Position numbers and translations under genes: made by a program. Positions 53,520 to 64,000 of a DNA stretch of 64,000 nt are shown in pieces. Source of the DNA: Octopus sinensis (lineage: Eukaryota); assembly GCF_006345805.1 (NCBI RefSeq), contig NC_042997.1, forward strand, positions 134,478,001-134,542,000. Direction: 5' to 3'. Positions within the stretch are counted from its first letter, which is position 1; each line of letters starts with the position of its first letter. The notes under the pieces are model-generated. The model did no database searches, was not told the origin of the DNA, and worked only from the letters and a program-made list of their open reading frames with translations.

Positions 53520-55830
53520 GGTGCGACACCAGTTTTTGCTCCTTTATATTGAGAAAAATTGGGAGTGGTTGCTTAAAAAGAGAGCGTTACAGCTGAAGTT
53601 GGACATACCTAGGACATTTGAAATTATTTATCGTCTTTCACATTGCTTTAGACACAGGTCACGATAAATAAGGGCTGCGCAAACAAATACGAACATATTC
53701 GCATACATTAATAAAACATACTTTTCTTCATGTCCATGTCAGTGTCTCTGATCATACTACTAGTGATGAAGATCGAGAGAGGGGAAGAAAAGCTTAAGGA
53801 CTGGGGAAAAAAGAACAAAACAACCCCAGCACCATATCGAGCGCCACTCCACGCACACCAGCAATTTAAAATTTACAATTATTTATCGTCTTCGCATTCT
53901 ATCGGGCACTGGTCGCGATAAGTATGGATAGTTGGACTCCTTATTTCACAGGAATTGATAGCAGATGTTGCCATTTCTGTCAGTTTCTATTTTTTAGAAA
54001 TTCTATTTTCGTTAAAGTAAGTGGAATGTCTGTGGAATGTTGCTACTGGTTTCTCATATTTTTAGGAATCCTGCAGTAGCCTTTGCTTGTCTTGTGTGTC
54101 ACGTGATATACTGGACATATTTCCCTGGCGTCCACGCATCATAAACGATTGTTTGTTCCTTCTCAAGCCATGCCTGGCTTATAGGTCCAGTTTCCCGGTT
54201 TCCTTAGCGTATAGGTTCCCCACCAGGACGGGACGCCGGTCCGTCGCAGGTGAGCTACTAGATGCAGGAGGAAAGAATGAGAGAAAGTTGTGGCGAAAGA
54301 GTCAGCAGAAGTTCGCCTTTACCTTCTGCCGGAGCCGCGTGGAACTTAGGTGTTTCACTCATAAACGCACACATCGCCCGGTCTGAGATTCGAACCCACG
54401 ATCCTTCGACCGCGAGTCCGATGCTCTAACCACTGGGCCACGTGCTTCCACATCATAAACAATACATATTCCCAATTTTCTTCAACCCATAGAGTAACTT
54501 TTGTCATATGAAAGAAAAGCATTATATTGCTCAAAGTGATGAAACGGGCTAAAAGTCAGAAAACTAGCTTGGACGGCTAGGCCAATCTTATGAAATTGCT
54601 TTAGACAGGCAAATGGTTAAGGAAGTATATTCCATTGTGCAGTATAACGAACATAACCTGTATCCATTTGTGAAATATAATCCCCTTTTTCCATCAGAAA
54701 TAATAAGTGGTAGGATTTTCGTTTTCCACTTGGAAATATACATTTGAGACAAGACCATTTTTGTTTCTCTTATTTCTTGAGAAATTCTAGTGAGGGGAAA
54801 ATAACTCGGATATATTTTGCTGTTTATGATAACGAAAACACTAAGATATAACGATGAATTATAACGAATCAATGAAAAATATACAGGATACTCGTTAATT
54901 TTTATACACTTGATAAAAACAAGCATGGATACATGCAACCTGACACCAACGCGTTTGTAACAATCAGTTCCGCCTTTATGGAAAAATCTTAACACTCCTC
55001 ATAGTACAGCTAGTGAGATTTCAAGCAGATGTACGGCCATTGTGTGACTTCAATGGTAATTATTGTATATGTGCCAAGGTCTTCCGTAACAATTGTATAA
55101 ATATGTATTGCAGTTAGCAAAACCATTATCTTGGTTGCTACTATATATAAATAATAAAAAGTTCTGGACTATGTATAGTGTTTTATGTTTACGCACACAC
55201 ATACACACATGCGCGACACCAGTTTTTGTTCATTTATATTGAGAAAACTTAGGAGTGGTTGGGTTGCTTAATAAGAGATCGCTACAGTTGAAGTTGGACA
55301 TACTTAAGATATTTGAAATTATTTATCGTCTTTCACATCACATTAGACAACGGTCACGATAAGTAGGTTTTGCACAAGCAAATACGAACATATTCACATA
55401 CATTAATAAAACATACTCTTCTTCCTGTCCGTGTCAGTGTCTCTGATCATATCCCTAGTGATAAAAATGGAGGGAGGGGAAGAAAAGCTTAAGAACTGGG
55501 GAATACAGAAAAAAGAACAAAGCAATTGCAATACCATATCGAGCCCCCACCCCACGCACATCAGCAATTTAAAACTTACAATTATTTATCGTCTTCGCAT
55601 TGTATTGGACACTGGTCACGATAACATGGATAGTTGAACTCCTTATCTCACAGGAAGATAACACAGATGTTGCCAGTTCTGTCGGTTTATATTTTTAAGA
55701 AATTCTGTTTTCGTTACAATATTCAAAATGTCTGTGGAATGATGATGCTGGTGTCTCATATTTTTAGGAATCCGGCAGTAGCCTATTTGATTAACCCTTT
55801 GCTTGTCTTGTGTATCACGTGAGATACTAG
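53520..55830 (+). repeat. Old ~600-bp local direct duplication (~53520-54120 and ~55210-55830)
   Basis: Both copies start GCGACACCAGTTTTTG and end TCACGTGA.ATACT.GACATAT; visibly diverged. Confidence 0.8.
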
Positions 55831-56289
55831 ACATATATATCCACCACGACTATCTGTCTGATAAGGGTACACCAGGCACATGCATCACAGCCATATTTGC
55901 GCGATATGGTGATCTTATATCATAATTAAAAAGCGCATGACCTTGTAGGTAAAAGGTTTGTTTAAGCAAGATGGACGAAACACCCATGTTTCCAAAGGAG
56001 AATTATTAAAACCCCAAAGAATTCCTCTCAATACTTGGCTATAATGCTCCCTCACTACTTCTACTCGTCATCAGTGATGCACATATCGTCCGCCACCAAG
56101 TGGGTAAGGTCAAACAACTGACAAACAAATCTGTGGTATTGAGCAGAATATATACTGTAGCCCATCTTTTATACCAAGGCAAAATAATATACATGATAAC
56201 ACTTCCAATCAGTTAAGATCAGAAACCATGAGAGCCACTGCCTGGTACTGCATCAGATCATTTATCATCATCATCATCATTTTTATCAT

Positions 56290-57050
56290 TATCAAAAGTC
56301 ACAGCTTATTTTGCTGGGTATGATGGAAAGTGTCAGCTGTCCACAGCCGGCAGACTGTTTACTGGTCATGCTTCAAGAAACGTGCGAAAAAATATTGTAG
56401 TTCCAAGTAATGCTGATTTTTGTAGGAGTTCTACCTTCACATTTACACCTGCCTTTTTCAGCCATATTCAAGATTGAGTGCTGATACTTCCAAGTGCACC
56501 AATTACTACTGGTATCACGTTTACTCTCTTCACTGACCACAGCCTTCGTATTTATCACTTCAAATTGTGATAGTTGTTTATTTTTACTTCTTTCATATTG
56601 ACACGGTTGACAACGGGGCATGATATGTCAATTATCATACATGTTCTTACCTTTTTTATCTACCACAACAATGTTCAGTTTCAGATGTATGGTCAAGGGA
56701 TCGCACTCGATCATTGCATCCCACAGGATTTTGCAATTCTCAATTTCGGTGACTCCTGGAGTTTGTTCATACCACGTCTTTGCTCTTTGTAGACCGTAGT
56801 TTCCACAGAGCTCTCAATGGATTATTCTTGCCACATTGTCATGGCATCTTTTATATTCGCGTTGTACCAATTTCGGGCATTCGATAACGATGTGCCATAC
56901 CGTTTCTTCCCTCTTACCACACATTCTCATTTTTCGCTATCGGTAGGGTTGTTTATTCTACACTATATAGTTATTCATATAGTTATTCCTTAACGCTTGT
57001 TCCTGAACTGCGCTTATGAGTGCTTCTGTCTCTATCTTCAGGTCACTCCT
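56290..57050 (-). mobile_element. 3' fragment of R4/Dong-like LINE with (GAT)n tail
   Basis: Minus strand HDNVARIIH.ELCGNYGLQRAKTWYEQTPGVTEIENCKILWDAMI; CAT repeats at ~56263-56280 on the plus strand. Confidence 0.75.
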
Positions 57051-57094
57051 CCTCATCCATAGCCACCAGTCCTCTGTATCTGTCTTGGCGTTCT

Positions 57095-57326
57095 CATCTC
57101 TTACTCTTCTTTACTTGTTTCAGTCATTTGACTGCGGCCATGCTGGAGCACCGCCTTTAATCGAGCAACTCGACCCCAGGACTTATTCATTTGTAAGCCC
57201 AGTACTTATTCTATCGGTCTCTTTTACCGAACTGCTAAGTAACGGGGACATAAACACACCAGCATCGGTTGTCAAGCAATGCTAGGGGGACAAACACAGA
57301 CCCACAAACACACACGCATATATATA

Positions 57327-57371
<45 letters not shown>

Positions 57372-57573
57372 AGACAATAAAATGGAGAAATACATCTAAA
57401 TCAAATATCAATTACCAGATAATACTCAATCACATACTTTATTAAACCACCACATAAGAGACTGTAGGGTTAAACATAAAAAAGCAGGACAAATCAGTGT
57501 ATATAAAGGAATGTACATAAAAAAGTGTACATAAAAGAGTAATGTTGTATAATAAGAAACCCCTATCTCAATT

Positions 57574-57651
<78 letters not shown>

Positions 57652-57830
57652 CATACATACATATATACAACGGGCTTCTTTCAGTTTCCGTCTACCAAAT
57701 CCACTCACAGGGCTTTGGTCGGCCCGAGGCTATAGTAGAAGACACTTACCCAAGGTGCCACGCAGTGGGACTGAACCCGGAACCATGTGGTTGGTAAACA
57801 AGCTATTTACCACACAGCCACTCCTGCGCC
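57095..57830 (-). mobile_element. Composite SINE split by a ~200-bp insertion in its internal (TA)n
   Basis: Tail half ~57095-57310, head half ~57660-57830, with non-SINE AT-rich sequence at 57371-57575 between TA tracts. Confidence 0.75.
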
Positions 57831-58399
57831 TATGTTCTTGCAGACTGACTGTACATTTTATTTTCTTTCGATGTTTTTTGTCTTTTTTGTGTTAATTTCT
57901 TATTTGAATTTGTCTTTAGTTACACAATTTTCAGTTTTGATGACCCCGGCTTTCTTCGTGTGTTTGAACAGTGGCTCCACGGCATTTTTATATACCACGC
58001 TAAGCTGTTTTCCTCTGCCTCGATACAGTCCTGGCAACTGGTTAAACCTCTCCCGGCCTTTCTTCTAGACAAGTACACCCTATGGGTGTCACTCTAGAGT
58101 AAAAGGCTCCGTGTACAGTCAACATTTTTCTAGTCTTGTGGTTAGCACGCCGGGCAAAATGTTTAGCGGTGTTTCCTTTGTTTTTACGTCCTGAGTTCAA
58201 ATTCCGCCGAGGTCGACTTTGCCTTTCATCCTTTCGGCGTCGATAAAGCAAGTACTAGTTGCGTACTGGGGTCGATCTAATCGGCTGCCCCCCCCCCCCG
58301 AAAAAAAACAATGTCAGGCCTTGTGCCTAGAGTAGAAAAGAACATTCTTCTAGTCTTGGTATCCATTTTCTTCATTTCTCTCTTTTCCCATTTTATAAT

Positions 58400-59060
58400 T
58401 CCCGATCCTTACCGAAGTAATGCTATCGCTCGCGTATTAACTGTAGATTTTATTCCATCCAGTCAGTTTTGAGCGCAGCACTAGCCTCAGTCTTCGGAAA
58501 TACTCCATCCCCATTTTCTCTTTCATTTCCTTCTCCATTATCTCGCTGAACTCTAGTACGCCAAGGCATATGTAGCCTTCCGTTTCAGTTTGTTTAATCA
58601 AGTCCCTGTTCGGTAATTCTATGCCTACTAGGGACTGTAAATTGCCTCTTTTTAGATAGATTATTCCGCTCTTATTGAGTCCAAATTCCATTCATATATC
58701 TGTACTAGAACAGTGAAGCGTGTTCACCAAGGAACTCACTTGTGTCTCATCCTTGCCATACAGTTTCAAATCATCCATGAAGAGGAGGCGTTTGATTGTT
58801 TGGAACTTTTTCTTTAGATGGTACCCCAGGTTCATTTTCCTAAGTACCAAGGTCAGGGGTATCACACAGAGAACAAAAAGCAACGGAGATGGGCTATCAC
58901 CCTGGAAAATTTCTCTTCTGATACCCAGGGCGCCTAAGCCTTTCCCGTTAGATGTCAGTTCAGTTTTCCATCCCACCATACTTCTCTTCAAGCAACATGT
59001 TACAATTCTCGCAATTTCAAACAGATCTAAACATTTGATAATCCACGAATGTGGAGCCAT
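58400..59060 (-). mobile_element. LINE RT fragment (R4/Dong-like)
   Basis: IFQGDSPSPLLF, LLFMDDLKLY, MEFGLNK, YICLGVLE. Confidence 0.85.
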
Positions 59061-59068
59061 ATCATATG

Positions 59069-59107
<39 letters not shown>

Positions 59108-59455
59108 TGTGTGTGTGTGTGTGGTGTGTGTGTGTGTGCGTATGTTTGTGTCTGTGTTTGTCCCCCCAACATCGCTTGACAACCGATGCTGGTGTGTTTA
59201 TGTCCCCGTAACTTAGCGGTTCGGCAAAAGAGACTGATAGAATAAATACTAGGTTTACAAAGAATAAGTCCTGGTGTCGATTTGCTCGAGTAAAGTCGGT
59301 TCTCTAGCATGGCCACAGTCAAATGACTGAAACATATAAAAGAATAAAAGAATCATTTTGTTGGCTCTGACAAGGCTTATAGCGTGTTGCACAAGTAATC
59401 ACCTTTTAGTACACTACTCCAATGAATGTAATTACGTAACTCCTGTTTACCATTC

Positions 59456-59499
<44 letters not shown>

Positions 59500-59879
59500 A
59501 TACATACTAAACTACAAAAGAAACGTCTCACTGTAAAAAATTATTTGTTTCACACACGATATTGGGATTATATGAATTTTATCACGTTTCTCTCTAATTT
59601 GACACCAGGAAGATGTCACTGACCCTCAACACCACTCTCTTTTGAAAACGCAAGGATTACATGTAGGGTTCGAACTCGCTCACCTTTCGTGAACATGGTA
59701 ATGCTTGCAAATGCATCTTTATGAAAAGCATGATGCACGTACAAAACGTTGACTCAAAATGTATAAAAGGCACCTAAATTTACCAACCTGTCATTCGTTC
59801 CCCCAAGGCTGACATGAAATCAGGGAGCAAGCCATCGGTCGTCTCTAGGCTGGGAAACTTCAATAGGTAGTTGCTAATG

Positions 59880-60711
59880 ACTTGAACTGCTCGGACAATT
59901 GAGCGGCTTAGGGAACGATGCAATGTAACAAACAGCACGGACGGTCATCCATGCAGTGGCCAACCAAGGATTACAACTGCATATCAAGATCGCCCCTGCA
60001 CCGACAGCACTTGCAGGACCAATTCCAGAGGCAACGGAATCAATGAGGCAGACCATAGGGTCTCACCACAGGCCCATTTGGGCAGAGACAATTCGCCGCT
60101 GGCTGAGATCTTGCAATCTCTCGTGACGACGTCCAGTTAGATGCGCCATTATCACAGATCGTCATCGACGGGCAAATCTGCAGTGTGCTCAGAAACGTCA
60201 GAACTGGTGATATCAGCAGTGGAGGACTGTAGTCTTCTCTGCCGAAATTCGATATCGCATTTCTGTGGTAGATGGCAGAGTTAGGGTTTAGAGAAGAAGG
60301 GGTGAAAGTCATGCCGATGGCTCTGTGGTGGAAAGGGACTTAAGAGGAGGACAGAACATCATGGTATGGGCGGGATTGAAACTTGGACCAGTGGTCTTCC
60401 AAAACATCGGCCAAGGTCGGAGTAATGGAGTAACTACTGCTCAATACATCGACCAGATGTTGAGGCTCCACCTTTGTTATACTTTGCTCGTAATCGGAAT
60501 CCGTACAAGAACAATTCGTTCCCGGTTATTTCGTCGTCGGTTAATTTGTCCCCGATCAACTTGTCGTTGATCAGTTCATCCCCGGTCAATTCGTCGCTAG
60601 CCAATTCATCCCCAAATACTCTTAAATGTGATTGTCGAGAATAAGTTTGGAACAATCAATTTAGAATTAAAATTGTCGTCGGACGGTTTTAGATATTTTT
60701 CCTTCCTTAAA

Positions 60712-60750
<39 letters not shown>

Positions 60751-62757
60751 TCTCTCACACTCCCCCTCTCCCCTCTCTCTCTCAAGCATCTGCGCTGAAC
60801 CTTTTACGAACAAAGATTTTCAAGCAAATCGAATTAAAGTTGTTCAATACGCCTACCCATCAACATGACTACCTGCAAGATCATAACTTCAGAGAAAGGA
60901 AAAATCAAAGGGGTCGATCAAGAAAATTTTATATGCACAAAAAATAACCAGAATGCAGATGAATTGAAGAGATTCTGGAGCTGCGAAAATCATGTGTGCA
61001 AGGCGAGACTGCAAACAGATGAAAATCATAAAGAGCTTAAGAAGATTGGGGTCCGTAATCACGCTTTATCTGCTGCAGAGCTAAATGCAAAGACTATTAA
61101 ACTATTAAGTTTCAAATGTTAAAGTAAAGTCTGTTTCATTTCGTGATGCCCCTCGCTCTTAATTACCGCGAGCAAAGTTCAGATTTTAAACGACTGTACA
61201 TTGTCACAAATACCTCTGTTTGCACAGCTTAATAGGAATATTAGACGTTGGAGGTAAGCTGATTCCAACTCTCCTGCCACCCCACTTACAATTCTTGGGT
61301 TTTCCATTCCAAGTGAATATTCTTACCTTGACAATGATGACACGTTTTTACTGTATGACAGCAACATAAAAGATTTAAAACGAATACTTATACTGGCAAG
61401 TGACGAAACACTTTGACAGTTAAAACAGTACAAGAACTGGGCAGCAGATGAAACATTTAAGTGCTGCTCTATTATATTTTTTCAGTTATATATACTTCAC
61501 ATTGATAATTTTAATCCTCCACCATTGTTCGCATTGCTCTCTGACGAAAGTCAAGACCCATATAGTAGTCTTTTTGCCAAAATAAATGAATTACTGCAGA
61601 ATGAAGGACTTGATAATATAATTATGGATTTCAAAAGAGCAGCCTCTAACAGATTTCAGTAATCGTTTCCTGGGTCAAATTTGTCATGATGCTTGTTTCA
61701 TTTAGGACAAAATGTGTACAAGCCTGTTGTGCAAGGACTAAAATGCAGATGTCACGAAAGATGAGAGTTTTAGTCTAAAAATGCGGGATTTTTTTGTTGC
61801 TCTTGCCTTCCTGCCAGTTGATGATGTAGATGGATATGAACAACTTGCAGATGACGATATTCCTCACTCAGTTGTTTCCTATTTTGAAACTAATTATATA
61901 GGACCACTTAGAGAAAGAGGACAGAGGAGGCGACGCTTTGAACTTCCATTTCCAATAACTATATGGAATGTTTGGGATCGATGTATGACGAGGATTGCTC
62001 GTACTATAAATAGTTTAGAAGCCTACCACAGCGCGCAGAAAAACAGTGAATATTAGTCATCCAAATATTGTGAAACTTACTGATGTGATTAAATGTGAGG
62101 AAAGGTGTGCTAGTATCAAACTGCAGAAGTTTATGCAAGGATAACCAAGCCAAAAGAAAAAAATACAAAGATAGAAATCTGCGTATAAAAAATATTATGG
62201 AAAAATATGATCCAAATCAAAAACTTATTTTTCTAAAAACAATTGCACACAATCTACAATGGCAAGAAAAAATAAATTTGTAAGACAGCAAACCTTAGAA
62301 TAAAGGTTTTTTACAAAAAAAGTTTTAGACATTTGTTTTCCATTGTTCCTAGGATCTCGATGAATTGACTGACGATGAATTCACCTGGGGACGAATTGAC
62401 CACCTACGAATTAACTGGAGACAAATTAAACGACGACAAATTACTGTCGACGAGTTGACCGGACATCATGTCAATACTGCCAGGTTGACAAAAGACTTCC
62501 TCCAACAGCACATCATCCAGACACTGCCATGGCCCGCCCTAAGTCTGGACTTGAATCCCATAGAACATTTGTGGAACGAAATTCAAAGAAGGCTAAATGA
62601 CATCCGTCCAAGGTCGATAACTGCGGTACAACTCCCTGCAAGTTTTAACAGTGTGTGGACTGCTATCCCCATGGTCTTCATCAGTCGTTTGGTTTATTCA
62701 GTGCACAGAAGATACCTGGCAGTAATCTAGGCTAACGGTGGTCACACGAGATATTGA
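59880..62757 (+). mobile_element. Degenerate Tc1-like transposase split by a nested MULE
   Basis: 5' half: RRPVR...WRTVVFSAEIRY...DGRVRV.RRRGE...GGQNIMVWAG. 3' half: WPALSLDLNPIEHLW...ANGGHTRY. Confidence 0.85.
60501..62462 (+). mobile_element. Mutator-like (Phantom-type) transposon: FLYWCH domain, decayed DDE transposase, repeat-structured TIRs
   Basis: FWSCENHVCKARLQT...VRNH (FLYWCH-like); WAADETFKCC..FFQLY and MDFKRAA...FPG...CLFHLGQ (MULE motifs). Both ends are inverted arrays of ~15-bp units such as GACGAATTGACC. Confidence 0.8.
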
Positions 62758-63484
62758 GTTCATCTCTTCGGATCCATGACACTCTGTCATCACGTGACAC
62801 CATGATACCATATGACGTCAAACCTGTTTCAGGAAATGACGTTTTATCCTTAGGAAAGAACGGTTTCCTAGGGGATTTAGGCCCGTAAGGTTCATTTTTA
62901 TCTGCTAAATTATATATATTTGATAATTCCTCTAGCTTGCAGGTTAAGTTGTGTAAGGTTGTTAGGATTCGAGACCTTATAACTTTTAGTTATTTTTTTT
63001 GTTATTTTCCTTTTGGTAGTGCACAGTAATGGCATTGGATTAAACGGTACAAGTTACTCGTTTTATCCGCGTGCACTGAAAGTCCTTTTTTTCTTAAGCT
63101 CCTTAGTATTGGAGTGTAGTTTCTGGAGGCGTTTATTTCTTCTTAGTGAGAATTTACGGAATTTAAAATTCCTAACAATATTCCATAGCTCATCTTCGGA
63201 GGCGGCTAGGTATAGTTTTGGGGATGGACATTTCCTGGTTTTAAAAATATGAGTTATACTCTGACGTGACTGTGTATCAATAGCAGCGATTAGTATTTAA
63301 CTGTACTATCGTTTGTGGATGTAAGCAAATAAACAATTATCTAAAAAGGTTTCTTAGTTACATATATGAAAACAATCATCCTTGTTGCTAGCTCCATCTG
63401 TTACCAAATTCACATAATTGATTTACTTTACTTTCTGTTTAATATCACCCTGGGGTTTCTTTGCATGTACTGATCTTCAGTATT

Positions 63485-63492
63485 TATATAAG
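63485..63492 (+). promoter_or_regulatory. TATA box of fifth IL17-like gene
   Basis: TATATAAG 131 nt before the ATG; upstream sequence homologous to the IL17-b promoter. Confidence 0.55.
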
Positions 63493-63615
63493 AAAATCTA
63501 AAGCATTAAGATTACAAAGGATATAGCATTAAGACACGAACATAGCCAAGCAGAAATGTAAAATATTTTACTGTTTTCCCTCTTCTTTTCCAATTCAAAG
63601 TGAACAAGCGTTATA

Positions 63616-63630
63616 ATGAAGATAACTACA
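63616..63630 (+). CDS. First coding micro-exon (MKITT) of a probable fifth IL-17-like gene; exon 2 would lie beyond the window
   Basis: TATA-ATGAAGATAACTACA|GTAAGTAAA, homologous to the micro-exons at 13731 and 23932, with matching 5' UTR and promoter. Confidence 0.7.
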
Positions 63631-63649
63631 GTAAGTAAATGTATATTCT

Positions 63650-63895
63650 TTTGTTTTTTTACTCTCTTTTTTACTTGATTCAGTCATTTGACTGTGGCCA
63701 TGCTGGAGCACCACCTTTTGTCGAGCAAATCGACCCCAGGATTTATTCTTTGTAAGGCTGGTACTTATTCTATTTGTCCCTTTTGCCGAACCGCTAAGTT
63801 ACGGGGACGTAAACACACCAGCATCGGTTGTCAAGCGATGTTGGGGGACAAACACAGGCACACAAACACACACATTCACACACAGACACAAGCAC

Positions 63896-63964
<69 letters not shown>

Positions 63965-64000
63965 CGACGGGCTTCTTTCAGTTTCCGTCTACCAAATCCA
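63650..64000 (-). mobile_element. Composite SINE, truncated by the window end
   Basis: Reverse complement of the 8854 family. Confidence 0.85.

Noticed and set aside
54588-54995. 135-aa minus-strand ORF
   Set aside because: No recognisable motif or splice context.
8794-59322. Many short ORFs with YIYIYI, HTHTHT or CVCVCV runs and recurring ASFSFRLPNPLTR / CHAVGLNPEPC text
   Set aside because: Microsatellite and SINE translations.
60515-60615. ~15-bp periodic repeats as a CRISPR-like array
   Set aside because: No unique spacers, eukaryotic context, and an inverted partner at 62355-62462 indicates a transposon TIR.

Overview
AT-rich, repeat-dense eukaryotic DNA, most likely from an octopus (coleoid cephalopod). 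This is inferred from the abundant composite tRNA-derived SINEs and an IL-17-like gene cluster; it is not verified. The window holds four complete IL-17-like genes in an a-b-a-b array (two types, each duplicated) plus the first exon of a fifth at the right edge, all on the + strand. Each gene starts with a 15-nt coding micro-exon that the ORF track misses. The four complete genes lie in an ~18 kb tandem duplication (10344-29128 and 29132-46312). The type-a copies look identical, whereas the type-b exons differ mostly by amino-acid-changing substitutions. The rest is mobile DNA: R4/Dong-like LINEs, SINEs, Helitron, mariner, a Tc1 with a nested FLYWCH-MULE, and Penelope-like remnants. One of the Penelope-like elements carries an intact-looking type I hammerhead ribozyme (9578-9669, minus strand). 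All alignments and counts were done by eye; repeat boundaries are approximate unless junction bases are quoted.
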